This document shows positions 48,436-56,808 of a DNA stretch of 64,000 nucleotides, piece after piece; the stretch's first letter is position 1, and the number at the start of each line of letters is the position of its first letter. Source of the stretch: a virus. The position numbers and the translations under genes are program-made. The notes beneath the pieces were generated by a model. The model was not told where the DNA came from and searched no databases. It worked only from the letters and a program-made list of their open reading frames with translations. The stretch is taken from the IMG/VR virus record IMGVR_UViG_3300009703_002430, positions 19,646 to 83,645 of that record; one strand, given 5' to 3'.

Positions 48436-51400
48436 TTATGCTTTCTCTTCGCCCCACGTATCAGAAGGAACAGTAACCTTGTTTAAGTTTTCTCCAGTAG
48501 TGCTGTGCCACCTAACACCATCAGAGTACATTAATGCTACCGACTCATCATCCTTCCTCAACATAATTATGACTCCCATGTTTGCGCTTGCGCTTGGTAG
48601 CAGAGGCATTAGTTGGTCATTGTCCAGCCCATTTCCTCTAAGAATTGGAACTCTTAAAAACCCATTACTGTTAATAACTGTGTTATTCGGATCTTCTGTA
48701 ATATCGTGACTTGTTGCTTTATTGCTATCATCTTGAACTTTTGATAACACGCTGTTACTGTAATTCACTACAGTGCTTGCGATTGTTGTTCTAAACAAAG
48801 GATTTGATTGACCAGCTGTTCCAGCGATATGGAACGCAGTTGTGGTAGCATTGTTTGGAATCACATGAAGCGAAGCGCTTGGGTCTCTAGTTATAGCACC
48901 AACTGAAACTCTTCTTACAGTACTGGTAGCGTCACCACCAATTACATTTGAGTAGTTGAACCTATCATTATATCCAGCTCTGAGAACACCAGAAGATGTT
49001 GTACCGTTAATAATATCCTCAAGGGGGTCAAAGTTTCCAACACTAACATTGCGCGACCCATGACCATACATTCCAGCGCCAACGCCAAGGAACAAGTTGA
49101 AATTCTCAGTTGTTCTGTGAGAGGTAGAGGTGTTTTGCTGACCTCGCATTCTTCCTGCCCAATACCCAATTGCCGTCGTTCCATTTTGCGGATTGGTTGT
49201 ACTTGGAGAATTGGTAAAACCAGCCCTGTTGCCTATGAAAACACTATCAGCCATTCCAGAGGCTTTCCACGCAGCGCCTTCACCTATTGCAATCACTGAA
49301 TCTGCCGCATATGCTTCATAGCCAGCGTTACGACCAATCGCTAACAATCCAGAAGAACTCACACTTCCGTATCCAGCATTTTCACCAATTAGTACGTTTC
49401 CAGATGTCATGTACGACAACTTGCCAGCGTTAATACCAACAGCGATTGTTTCAAACACGCCGCTAGAGTTATGACCTGCGTAACTACCAATAATTACTGA
49501 ATCGCGACCTCCACTAGCCCAAGAGTAAGCGTTGTCACCAACCACAAACATGTCTTGACTAGTCCGTGATCCTTCACCGGCCTTATATCCAAAGTATTGT
49601 GAGTCTTCTATCGCACTTGTTCTTGCGCCAGCCTCTCTACCCATAAAGACTATCTGACTAGCGTTGGTAGCTTGGAAAGCGGCGGCGTTACCCATGATAT
49701 CGCCATTATTAATTCCTGAAGTCTCATATCCAGCATTGGGGCCTATCATGTTTACATTGTTATTTCCGCTGGATGAGAAGCCTGCACCAACACCAAGTAG
49801 CGCTGATGAGTCTAATCCGCTAGACGCAAAGCCTGCGGAGTTTCCAAGGAATATAGCATTATCATGGTCAAGACCTCCACTGGCGGCTTGAGCACCTAGT
49901 GCTACACTATACTGCATATTTATCGAGTTAGCACCAGTGAATGGGCCAACAAATATATTGCCACCGTTTAATCCACTAAGCGATCCAACTCCAGCAGTTG
50001 TGCCAAGTCTAATCTCATGCCCCTTAGTAGCAGCTCCTTCAGGGTCTCCAGATACAACCACTAACCATTGAGGATCAATATAGTGATACTGCCCAACGTT
50101 TGTAGTGTAGATTCGTATACCAGAGCTAACCGCCTGTGATCCAGTCTGCACGCCGGAGACCATTGTGATGTCTCTTCTCATGACACCAGAGGTAGAGTTT
50201 ATGTCAACTCTCATATATCCAGAGGCCGTTGAGTACACTCCTGAGACAGAAAGTATTTCAGTGTTTAGATAGCCAGAGCCTGTGTTAAATACTCCAGATA
50301 CAGAAAGTATGTCAGTATTCAAATAGCCAGAGCCTGTATTAAATACTCCTGACACAGAAAGAATATCCGTATTCAGGTATCCAGAAGCCGTCTGAATATC
50401 TGAATTGAGGTATCCAGAAGCGGTCAGTAACATACCGCCCACACCAGACACTTCATATACAGCGCCAGAGGTAGCATTTATGTTGGTTACATTGGTCTGA
50501 ATATCTGTGTTCAAATATCCCGAAGCTGTAAGTAGCATACCGCCTACTCCAGATACTTCGTATACAGCACCTGACGTGGCATTTATATTCGCTACATTGG
50601 TTTGAATATCTGAGTTTAGATAACCAGAAGCATCGTAAATAACTCCAGATAGAGTAGGTATCTGACCATTCGAGGCAAATGTACTAGAGTCAAGTCCAGA
50701 ACCTGTTACCAAAAGAATGTCTCTATTCAAAATACCCGACACAACATTACCAGAAGCAATGTTAAAGCCTTCAGTAGCAGAACTTTGGCTGTCAACATAA
50801 GCCTTTATAGACTGCTGCGTTGCCAGCTTAGTAGCGCTATTGCTAGCCATATTATCTTCGTCTAACAGGTAGTTAGGATGTATGTTAAAGAATAGACCCT
50901 GACCTGTACCGCTAGTTTGAATACTTCCGCTAGCACCATTCAAGAATGAGAATGTCAAATCGCCTGTAGTGTCTGCGGCGCTTCCTGCGTCGGCAGTAAG
51001 TGTTGCTCCGGTTACGTCACCGCCTCCAGCAGACGATACGGAAGTATCAACATAGGCTTTGATTGACTGTTGAGTAGCCAAGTGCGTGGCTGAGTTTGAG
51101 GCCATGTTATCTTCGTCTTTAATAGCCGTTCCGGTTATTTGAGTGTTGAAGATGGGGCTAGTCAGCGTTTTGTTTGTTAATGTTTGAGAGCCAGCAAGAG
51201 TGACCGTAGTTGAGGTAGGAGCTTTCTCTGCTATCATACCAGACAAGGTTGGAATTTGTCCGTTTGCATCAAAGCCAGTAGAGCTATCACCAGACCCAGT
51301 TATCAGGAGAATATCCCTATTCATAACACCTGAAGTGGCATTTATGTTTGCTGCATTTGACAGGATGTCTGTATTTAGATATCCAGAGGCAGTTGAGTAT

Positions 51401-53541
51401 ACTCCTGAGACTGACAATATGTCTGTATTCAAGTATCCAGAGCCAGTATTAAACACTCCGGAAACTGATAGTATGTCAGTATAAAGATATCCAGATGCAT
51501 CCAGTAGGTTCTTGTTACCGGAGGCGTCATAATCAGGATGGACGTTAAAGAATATTGCTCCACCCGTTCCGCTAGTTTGTACACTTCCACTAGCTCCAGT
51601 CAGGAATGACAAGTCTAGGTTGCCCGTATCGTCTGAAGCACTTCCAGTATCTGCAGAGAAAGTTGCTCCAGTTATATCTGCAGCTCCGCCACCTCCACCT
51701 GCGTGACCAGAGGCCCAATAAGCCCATCCAGAGACGAGTTCCAGACCTGTATTGAGTGCTGGTATTTCGCCGGAAGCCCAGTAAGCTATACCAGAAACAT
51801 GGGTAGCTATTCCAGAAACAGACAGGATATCTGTGTTTAAGTAGCCAGATGCAGTATTTAGATTGCCTGATACTGATAGTATATCCGTGTTCAAGTAGCC
51901 GGAAGTTGCTGTAAGCATACCAGACAAAGTAGGTATCTGACCAAAGCCTTTGAACGAAGTGTCACCAGCTCCAGAGCCAGTAATAATAGTCACTATGTTT
52001 GTGCTTTGACTACTATCTTGAAAGCTTCCGTCTGCATTTAGTACAATTGGCTCTTCTGAAGCAACTTTTCCACCGTTCCAGTACAAGAGACCAGATACAG
52101 AATAAAGCCCGCTGGCAGTATCTGCTGGGGATGACGTGGAGTTAATGCCAGAAAGATAGACAACTTGAAAGCCTCCGCTTGGAGCTTGTATGTTATAGCG
52201 TGGGCGAGAAGTAGCATCTGGCCCGATAGAAATTCTAGAATCTCCTGAATAACCTTTTATAAAGTCTTGTATGTTTACTTCGCCGTCATTAAAGAAGTAT
52301 CCAGAAGCATTTATAGACTCTTCAGTAACCCAAGAGTCTGTGTAAATTGAATTGCCATTATTATAGTTGTGTCTCCAAGTCCACTTCTTATCGCCTTCAT
52401 CAGTTTTGATGACAACACCGCCGTCGTCTACATCTGCACCACTCTTATTATATAAAGAATTACCACTCATAGAACCCAGTTCTACTTGATGGTCATAGAC
52501 TGTAACATTGGTACTATCTATATAAGTTACGCTACCACGAACATTAAGATTGCCACCCACGCTGACATCGCTGCTTATATCAACACTTCCGGTAATATTA
52601 AGGTGCGAGCCGTTTTCATTCCACACTAATTTATCAGTATAAACAATAACCCCAGACTCATCCCAATATGGAATACCGCTAGAGTATATCTCGCCAGAGT
52701 GTCTAACGTAAAAATCTTTTAGATCAGGAATGTCGTATTTGCTTAAAGCTCTGAAGCTTGGATACCCGTCTTCGCAAGCTCCGTTGCCATAGGTACAACC
52801 GCTAGCAGGGCCAGCTAATACAGCACCAGCGTTCTGCTTCTTAAACTTAAGAATTTGTTCAACATCTCCGTCAAACTCAAATGCGTCATCTGTTGCAGTT
52901 GTAGAGTCTGTGACATTTGGCATGAAGTGCCAATGCTGCTGACCACTTGGGAACAAGATACCAGACTGGTCTACAACAATACCAGAACTTCTGATAAACC
53001 CTTGGCCAATATTTGGAGCGCCTGCTACGTCGATGGCAAACTCAGGGGTTGATTGGGATACGCCAAGTCTTGAATTAGTGGAGTCCCAAATAAGACTTGG
53101 GCTATAATTGAGTATCTGATCTGTTTCCCAAAATGCTATACCGCTAGAAACGGGATCTTTATAGGCGCTGTCTAAGCCATGAGCTGTAAATACAGAGAAG
53201 TCTCCGGGATAAGTAACGTATATCTCTTTGACGCCGATTGGGAAGTTAACACATCCTAAATTAGGATTGTTACTGTCAGTTACTGTATTTCCCTTTGTTC
53301 GTATAGGGAATCTTCTAAGCTGGTTTTGTAAGTATGCATCATCAGTGGCTGAGTAGTAATACCCAGATCCAACTTCATAATTAGTGCCATCTGTAATTGC
53401 ATAAAAGACTAAGTCGTTATGGACATAGTAGTCACTAAAGGGACTAAAACCCGGAGCGGCTCCAGCAAGCTCCATGTTGCCAGAACCATTGCTCTCGCTT
53501 GTCTCTTTTACACGGTCTGATAGTTTTATATACTCAGCCAT
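48436..53541 (-). CDS. Fibre/appendage protein (1701 aa): DRVKET N-module, SG-repeat shaft, YadA-like beta-roll C-terminal region
   Basis: LSDRVKETS start; ~12 SGY(L/M)xxDI repeats; two MASNSATxLATQQSIKAYVD motifs; ~15-aa xxIGxxAG repeats. Confidence 0.85.
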   Translation of the reverse strand: MAEYIKLSDRVKETSESNGSGNMELAGAAPGFSPFSDYYVHNDLVFYAITDGTNYEVGSGYYYSATDDAYLQNQLRRFPIRTKGNTVTDSNNPNLGCVNFPIGVKEIYVTYPGDFSVFTAHGLDSAYKDPVSSGIAFWETDQILNYSPSLIWDSTNSRLGVSQSTPEFAIDVAGAPNIGQGFIRSSGIVVDQSGILFPSGQQHWHFMPNVTDSTTATDDAFEFDGDVEQILKFKKQNAGAVLAGPASGCTYGNGACEDGYPSFRALSKYDIPDLKDFYVRHSGEIYSSGIPYWDESGVIVYTDKLVWNENGSHLNITGSVDISSDVSVGGNLNVRGSVTYIDSTNVTVYDHQVELGSMSGNSLYNKSGADVDDGGVVIKTDEGDKKWTWRHNYNNGNSIYTDSWVTEESINASGYFFNDGEVNIQDFIKGYSGDSRISIGPDATSRPRYNIQAPSGGFQVVYLSGINSTSSPADTASGLYSVSGLLYWNGGKVASEEPIVLNADGSFQDSSQSTNIVTIITGSGAGDTSFKGFGQIPTLSGMLTATSGYLNTDILSVSGNLNTASGYLNTDILSVSGIATHVSGIAYWASGEIPALNTGLELVSGWAYWASGHAGGGGGAADITGATFSADTGSASDDTGNLDLSFLTGASGSVQTSGTGGAIFFNVHPDYDASGNKNLLDASGYLYTDILSVSGVFNTGSGYLNTDILSVSGVYSTASGYLNTDILSNAANINATSGVMNRDILLITGSGDSSTGFDANGQIPTLSGMIAEKAPTSTTVTLAGSQTLTNKTLTSPIFNTQITGTAIKDEDNMASNSATHLATQQSIKAYVDTSVSSAGGGDVTGATLTADAGSAADTTGDLTFSFLNGASGSIQTSGTGQGLFFNIHPNYLLDEDNMASNSATKLATQQSIKAYVDSQSSATEGFNIASGNVVSGILNRDILLVTGSGLDSSTFASNGQIPTLSGVIYDASGYLNSDIQTNVANINATSGAVYEVSGVGGMLLTASGYLNTDIQTNVTNINATSGAVYEVSGVGGMLLTASGYLNSDIQTASGYLNTDILSVSGVFNTGSGYLNTDILSVSGVFNTGSGYLNTEILSVSGVYSTASGYMRVDINSTSGVMRRDITMVSGVQTGSQAVSSGIRIYTTNVGQYHYIDPQWLVVVSGDPEGAATKGHEIRLGTTAGVGSLSGLNGGNIFVGPFTGANSINMQYSVALGAQAASGGLDHDNAIFLGNSAGFASSGLDSSALLGVGAGFSSSGNNNVNMIGPNAGYETSGINNGDIMGNAAAFQATNASQIVFMGREAGARTSAIEDSQYFGYKAGEGSRTSQDMFVVGDNAYSWASGGRDSVIIGSYAGHNSSGVFETIAVGINAGKLSYMTSGNVLIGENAGYGSVSSSGLLAIGRNAGYEAYAADSVIAIGEGAAWKASGMADSVFIGNRAGFTNSPSTTNPQNGTTAIGYWAGRMRGQQNTSTSHRTTENFNLFLGVGAGMYGHGSRNVSVGNFDPLEDIINGTTSSGVLRAGYNDRFNYSNVIGGDATSTVRRVSVGAITRDPSASLHVIPNNATTTAFHIAGTAGQSNPLFRTTIASTVVNYSNSVLSKVQDDSNKATSHDITEDPNNTVINSNGFLRVPILRGNGLDNDQLMPLLPSASANMGVIIMLRKDDESVALMYSDGVRWHSTTGENLNKVTVPSDTWGEEKA
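50200..51910 (-). repeat. Degenerate coding repeats (18-aa SGYLNTDILSVSGVFNT(G/A) and 35-aa units)
   Basis: Visible in translation; DNA copies are synonymously diverged. Confidence 0.85.
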
Positions 53542-53575
53542 TTATATAGATCCCTATGTATTTTGGAGTTATAGT

Positions 53576-54550
53576 TTAAAAGTCCACGGCTACCGTTACG
53601 TCTGGTTCAAACCCTCTGGTTTCATCAGGGCTCATACCAAATACCACGATGTCGTTAATTTCTCCATCAACATATGTATCGGCTTTGTTTAAAACGCCTA
53701 TCGTCAAAGTCCTGAGACTATTTTTGTCGTCTCCCTGTCTTAATACTACACCAACTGTGTTAATATCGAAGTCTTCCAGACTACCACTGGCAGTTCTAGA
53801 GTTACTAGTGGCGCACACAACATAGTTATTGTCTTTGAATATGCCAGATTGGAATGTGACTTGGTATTTACCTACACCCTTCCAGTTGAGTTGCTTGATG
53901 TTGTATGCAGATCTTACATTTGGGGCGTAAGTGCCGTTGCCACTTCCCTCAAAGTTAATCCAAGCTTTTGCAACTCCCTTGGCACTACTCATTCTAGATG
54001 CATCATTTTTAAATATGAATGTTCCAGAAGTCCCTACATTAATGTCGTCACCATAGTGTTTCCAGTCAAAACCTAAACCTCTCTCAGGTGTTCCGGAGGC
54101 TCCTATCCAGTTATAATCTCCATCACTTGGATTTGTAACGGGATGGCCTAGAGCAACACCTGACTGCATGGGTCTTGCTCCATTTCTAGGCAGATACTGT
54201 AGGTGGTCATCATCTGTAAGACCAGCTATGGAACCATGGTCGATATTTGACTCACCCGGAAACGGGTTGTACTGATACCCTGTAGTTGGCCCGCTGGCAG
54301 AGTTAGGAAAGTAAATTCCAGACTCAGCTATGAACTGACCATAGCTTCCATCTTTAATCTTAGCTCTAACATTAGAGCCAGTAAATGGAAACTCAGTATC
54401 ATGATTACCGCTGCCGACTATATTATTGATAGAGTCAACAGTGTCCACCATGTTATTTCTAACGTCTGCCGCAGAGACAGCACCAGAATTGTTATCTGGA
54501 ATAGCACCTGAAATGCTAGCTATCAAATCAGCCTTCTTTTGTAAAGCCAT
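53576..54550 (-). CDS. Fibre-like structural protein
   Basis: PDNNSGAVSAADVR N-term; HGSIAGLTDDDHLQY motif; C-term AKAWINFEG...GVGKYQVTF domain common in phage fibres. Confidence 0.7.
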   Translation of the reverse strand: MALQKKADLIASISGAIPDNNSGAVSAADVRNNMVDTVDSINNIVGSGNHDTEFPFTGSNVRAKIKDGSYGQFIAESGIYFPNSASGPTTGYQYNPFPGESNIDHGSIAGLTDDDHLQYLPRNGARPMQSGVALGHPVTNPSDGDYNWIGASGTPERGLGFDWKHYGDDINVGTSGTFIFKNDASRMSSAKGVAKAWINFEGSGNGTYAPNVRSAYNIKQLNWKGVGKYQVTFQSGIFKDNNYVVCATSNSRTASGSLEDFDINTVGVVLRQGDDKNSLRTLTIGVLNKADTYVDGEINDIVVFGMSPDETRGFEPDVTVAVDF

Positions 54551-54561
54551 TTAAATCTCCC

Positions 54562-55080
54562 TTAATATAGATATCCGCCGCCACTTCTGTGGTCGCCTCT
54601 ATGGTTTCTTATTACATAGTCACTACCCGGACTGTATGGGCCAAGTATTCCTTGACCACCAATGCTGTTTCCGGCTTTATAATCTAAAACAGCCTTGTCG
54701 TATTTCTGACATAAATCAGCATACAAGACTGTAAGTGTTGAGGCAACGCCTCTTAGATCTATTGCGGAAGGGCCATCTTTGATGGATATGGAATTTGCAG
54801 CCTCACTTCTTATCTGACTACCAATCATAACACACGAAGCTTTTAAACACACTAGATTAATAAAAGCATTGTCCTTTGTGTCGTCAGTCGGATCTGGAGT
54901 AAGTTTACATTGTTCTACGTTTATTGTATATGTATTATCAAAATCAACCTCTAAGGTGACTAGTTGTGCAGCAACTAAGAGGGTTGTTTCTATTCTGTGG
55001 TCGCTAAACTTATAAGCACTAGAATCAATATCATCAATTAAGTACCTAAGCATTGTAGACATTTGACCTTGCCAAGACAT
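54562..55080 (-). CDS. Putative head-tail adaptor
   Basis: N-term MLRYLIDD...FSDHRI resembles the adaptor (V)RxLIxD...(F/L)SDEEI motif; helical, 172 aa. Confidence 0.55.
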   Translation of the reverse strand: MSWQGQMSTMLRYLIDDIDSSAYKFSDHRIETTLLVAAQLVTLEVDFDNTYTINVEQCKLTPDPTDDTKDNAFINLVCLKASCVMIGSQIRSEAANSISIKDGPSAIDLRGVASTLTVLYADLCQKYDKAVLDYKAGNSIGGQGILGPYSPGSDYVIRNHRGDHRSGGGYLY

Positions 55081-55090
55081 AGTTTACCCC

Positions 55091-55402
55091 TTATAGGTTA
55101 CAGTGGACTTTGAAAGTATGTATATTTGTATAATATGTCCCTGCTGATAAAGTCACCTTACCTTGAAGTTTGTAACTTCCAGCTTCGTCCAAGTCTCCTG
55201 CTATTGTGTCGTAGTACATTACGCCAGAGACAACACTTCCGTCTGTCAAGGTTGCGCCAGTGCGAGTAATTATCTCGTCATCTGGCTTCCTAAAATTAAT
55301 TTGTAACAACGACGCCGAGGAAAGATCCACCACTACGCCGCTATCTTTTACAGTACATAGGAATCTAGTACCAATGTCGTTTACATGTATTTCGCTAGCC
55401 AT
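55091..55402 (-). CDS. BppU N-terminal-like Ig-fold structural protein
   Basis: HVNDIGTRF...VDLSSA...INFRKPD...GDLDEAGSYKLQGKV pattern. Confidence 0.6.
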   Translation of the reverse strand: MASEIHVNDIGTRFLCTVKDSGVVVDLSSASLLQINFRKPDDEIITRTGATLTDGSVVSGVMYYDTIAGDLDEAGSYKLQGKVTLSAGTYYTNIHTFKVHCNL

Positions 55403-55479
55403 TATCGTTCCAATGTAATATTGACTTGTCTAGTTACTTCTGCGTCTATTTCTATAATTGTTATCTTATCGTCAGACAT
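55402..55479 (-). CDS. 25-aa microprotein (MSDDKITIIEIDAEVTRQVNITLER) absent from the ORF track
   Basis: Fills the gap exactly: TGATG overlap upstream, TAATG overlap downstream; resembles the C-terminus of the 65-aa neighbour. Confidence 0.7.
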   Translation of the reverse strand: MSDDKITIIEIDAEVTRQVNITLER

Positions 55480-55676
55480 CAATCTAACTCCAAATCTACG
55501 CTTTTCTGTAAGTCTATTTCTACGTCTTTAACAAAGCTAGTGGTTATTGTAGCTGCGTACTCAGGTTGAGTAAATATATCAACATCAAAGTAAAATATCT
55601 CGCCATTTGACGTTTCTGTAAACAGTCCGACAGAGGTACTGAATGATGATGCGGAAAACGTAGTAAAACCAAACAT
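55479..55676 (-). CDS. Small hypothetical structural protein
   Basis: 65 aa; tightly coupled to neighbours. Confidence 0.7.
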   Translation of the reverse strand: MFGFTTFSASSFSTSVGLFTETSNGEIFYFDVDIFTQPEYAATITTSFVKDVEIDLQKSVDLELD

Positions 55677-55679
55677 TGT

Positions 55680-56012
55680 TTATGTGGGGTTAGGGTCAGT
55701 AATTGTAACGGTTGCGTTTACTGCTGCGGCGGCTGCTTTTCTAGCTTCCTCCATTTCAAAAGCAGTAACATGCTGACTCAAAAACTCTCTAACCTTCCTA
55801 TGCACAAACATCCCCTGACTTTCGGGATTTGCGATGTTTTCAGGAAGCGGATTGCCTTCTGCGTCAGTGGGGATAACTTCGCCACCTTCTTCATCGTATG
55901 TGATATTATAGTCAGGATTTGGTATCTCTGAGACATATCCGTAATTGCCGCAAACCGCACTAAATACGCGGGTTACGTCTTCATCAGCTATTTCAAGCTC
56001 AAAAATTGCCAT
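55680..56012 (-). CDS. Hypothetical protein
   Basis: 110 aa; AGGAG SD; preceded by the promoter-like motif. Confidence 0.8.
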   Translation of the reverse strand: MAIFELEIADEDVTRVFSAVCGNYGYVSEIPNPDYNITYDEEGGEVIPTDAEGNPLPENIANPESQGMFVHRKVREFLSQHVTAFEMEEARKAAAAAVNATVTITDPNPT

Positions 56013-56045
56013 TTTGTCTCTCCTATGGTGGAAAATTAATCTTCT

Positions 56046-56062
56046 CTACAATAAATATACAC
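56046..56062 (-). promoter_or_regulatory. Putative late promoter GTGTATATTTATTGTAG
   Basis: Intergenic, A-tract upstream; 16/17 identical to 8299-8315. Confidence 0.6.
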
Positions 56063-56094
56063 TTTTTTCTTTTACGCGGTACTCTTATATTTTT

Positions 56095-56808
56095 TTAGTC
56101 TACAAATAAGTAGAAAGCCGCCGCAGTTGTTGTATCATCATCACCGCCGCCTGACTCTGTATATGTAATTACGACCTTTGGAGCTAGGGAGCTGCTAGTA
56201 TCACGGTCTTTCCAGTCAATTGTCCAGTTGCTACTGCCGTTATGGGCTGAGGGTGTTAATTTCAAATTTATATTACTTCCGCTACTCCAGCCACTTCTGT
56301 TGACCAGCTCTTGCAAAATAGTCTTAATTTCAAGTCCTGCAGATGGGTCTGCATGGGTTGGATACCAAGCGTTATTCCAAGTCTCGTTTGGGCCCATTCC
56401 TCCGTAGGAAGCATCAATAAAACTGCTAACAGTAGCAGATGCAGTTGTAAGTGTCCAACCATTTACAGTAGAATAATTTCCGGGTTTAGAAGCGTCGTCA
56501 ACATCCTCAGCTTTGACAGTCATGCCTTCGCCGGGGTCACTGCCCCCATCAAATCCAGCATTGGCGTGATGGTAAACAAAGAGTTTCGCGCTATCAATTG
56601 TTGCGCCTTGTGCAATAGTTAAATTCTTAAGATGAATCCAGCCAAAATAAGACTTGTTATGCTGGCCATCGCTATTATCTCTTCCTATTCTGACTTTAGC
56701 ATTGTGGGAGAATGTTGTGGTATCTCCCATGTAACCAGTTTGGTCATCTCCAAAAAGAATATAACCATCTTCATCGTTTGCTGCAACTTGTACTGTAAGT
56801 GATGCCAT
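56095..56808 (-). CDS. DNRLRE/CBM96-like beta-sandwich protein (putative carbohydrate binding)
   Basis: IAQGATIDSAKL, ILQELVNRSGW and APKVVITY motifs. Confidence 0.6.
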   Translation of the reverse strand: MASLTVQVAANDEDGYILFGDDQTGYMGDTTTFSHNAKVRIGRDNSDGQHNKSYFGWIHLKNLTIAQGATIDSAKLFVYHHANAGFDGGSDPGEGMTVKAEDVDDASKPGNYSTVNGWTLTTASATVSSFIDASYGGMGPNETWNNAWYPTHADPSAGLEIKTILQELVNRSGWSSGSNINLKLTPSAHNGSSNWTIDWKDRDTSSSLAPKVVITYTESGGGDDDTTTAAAFYLFVD

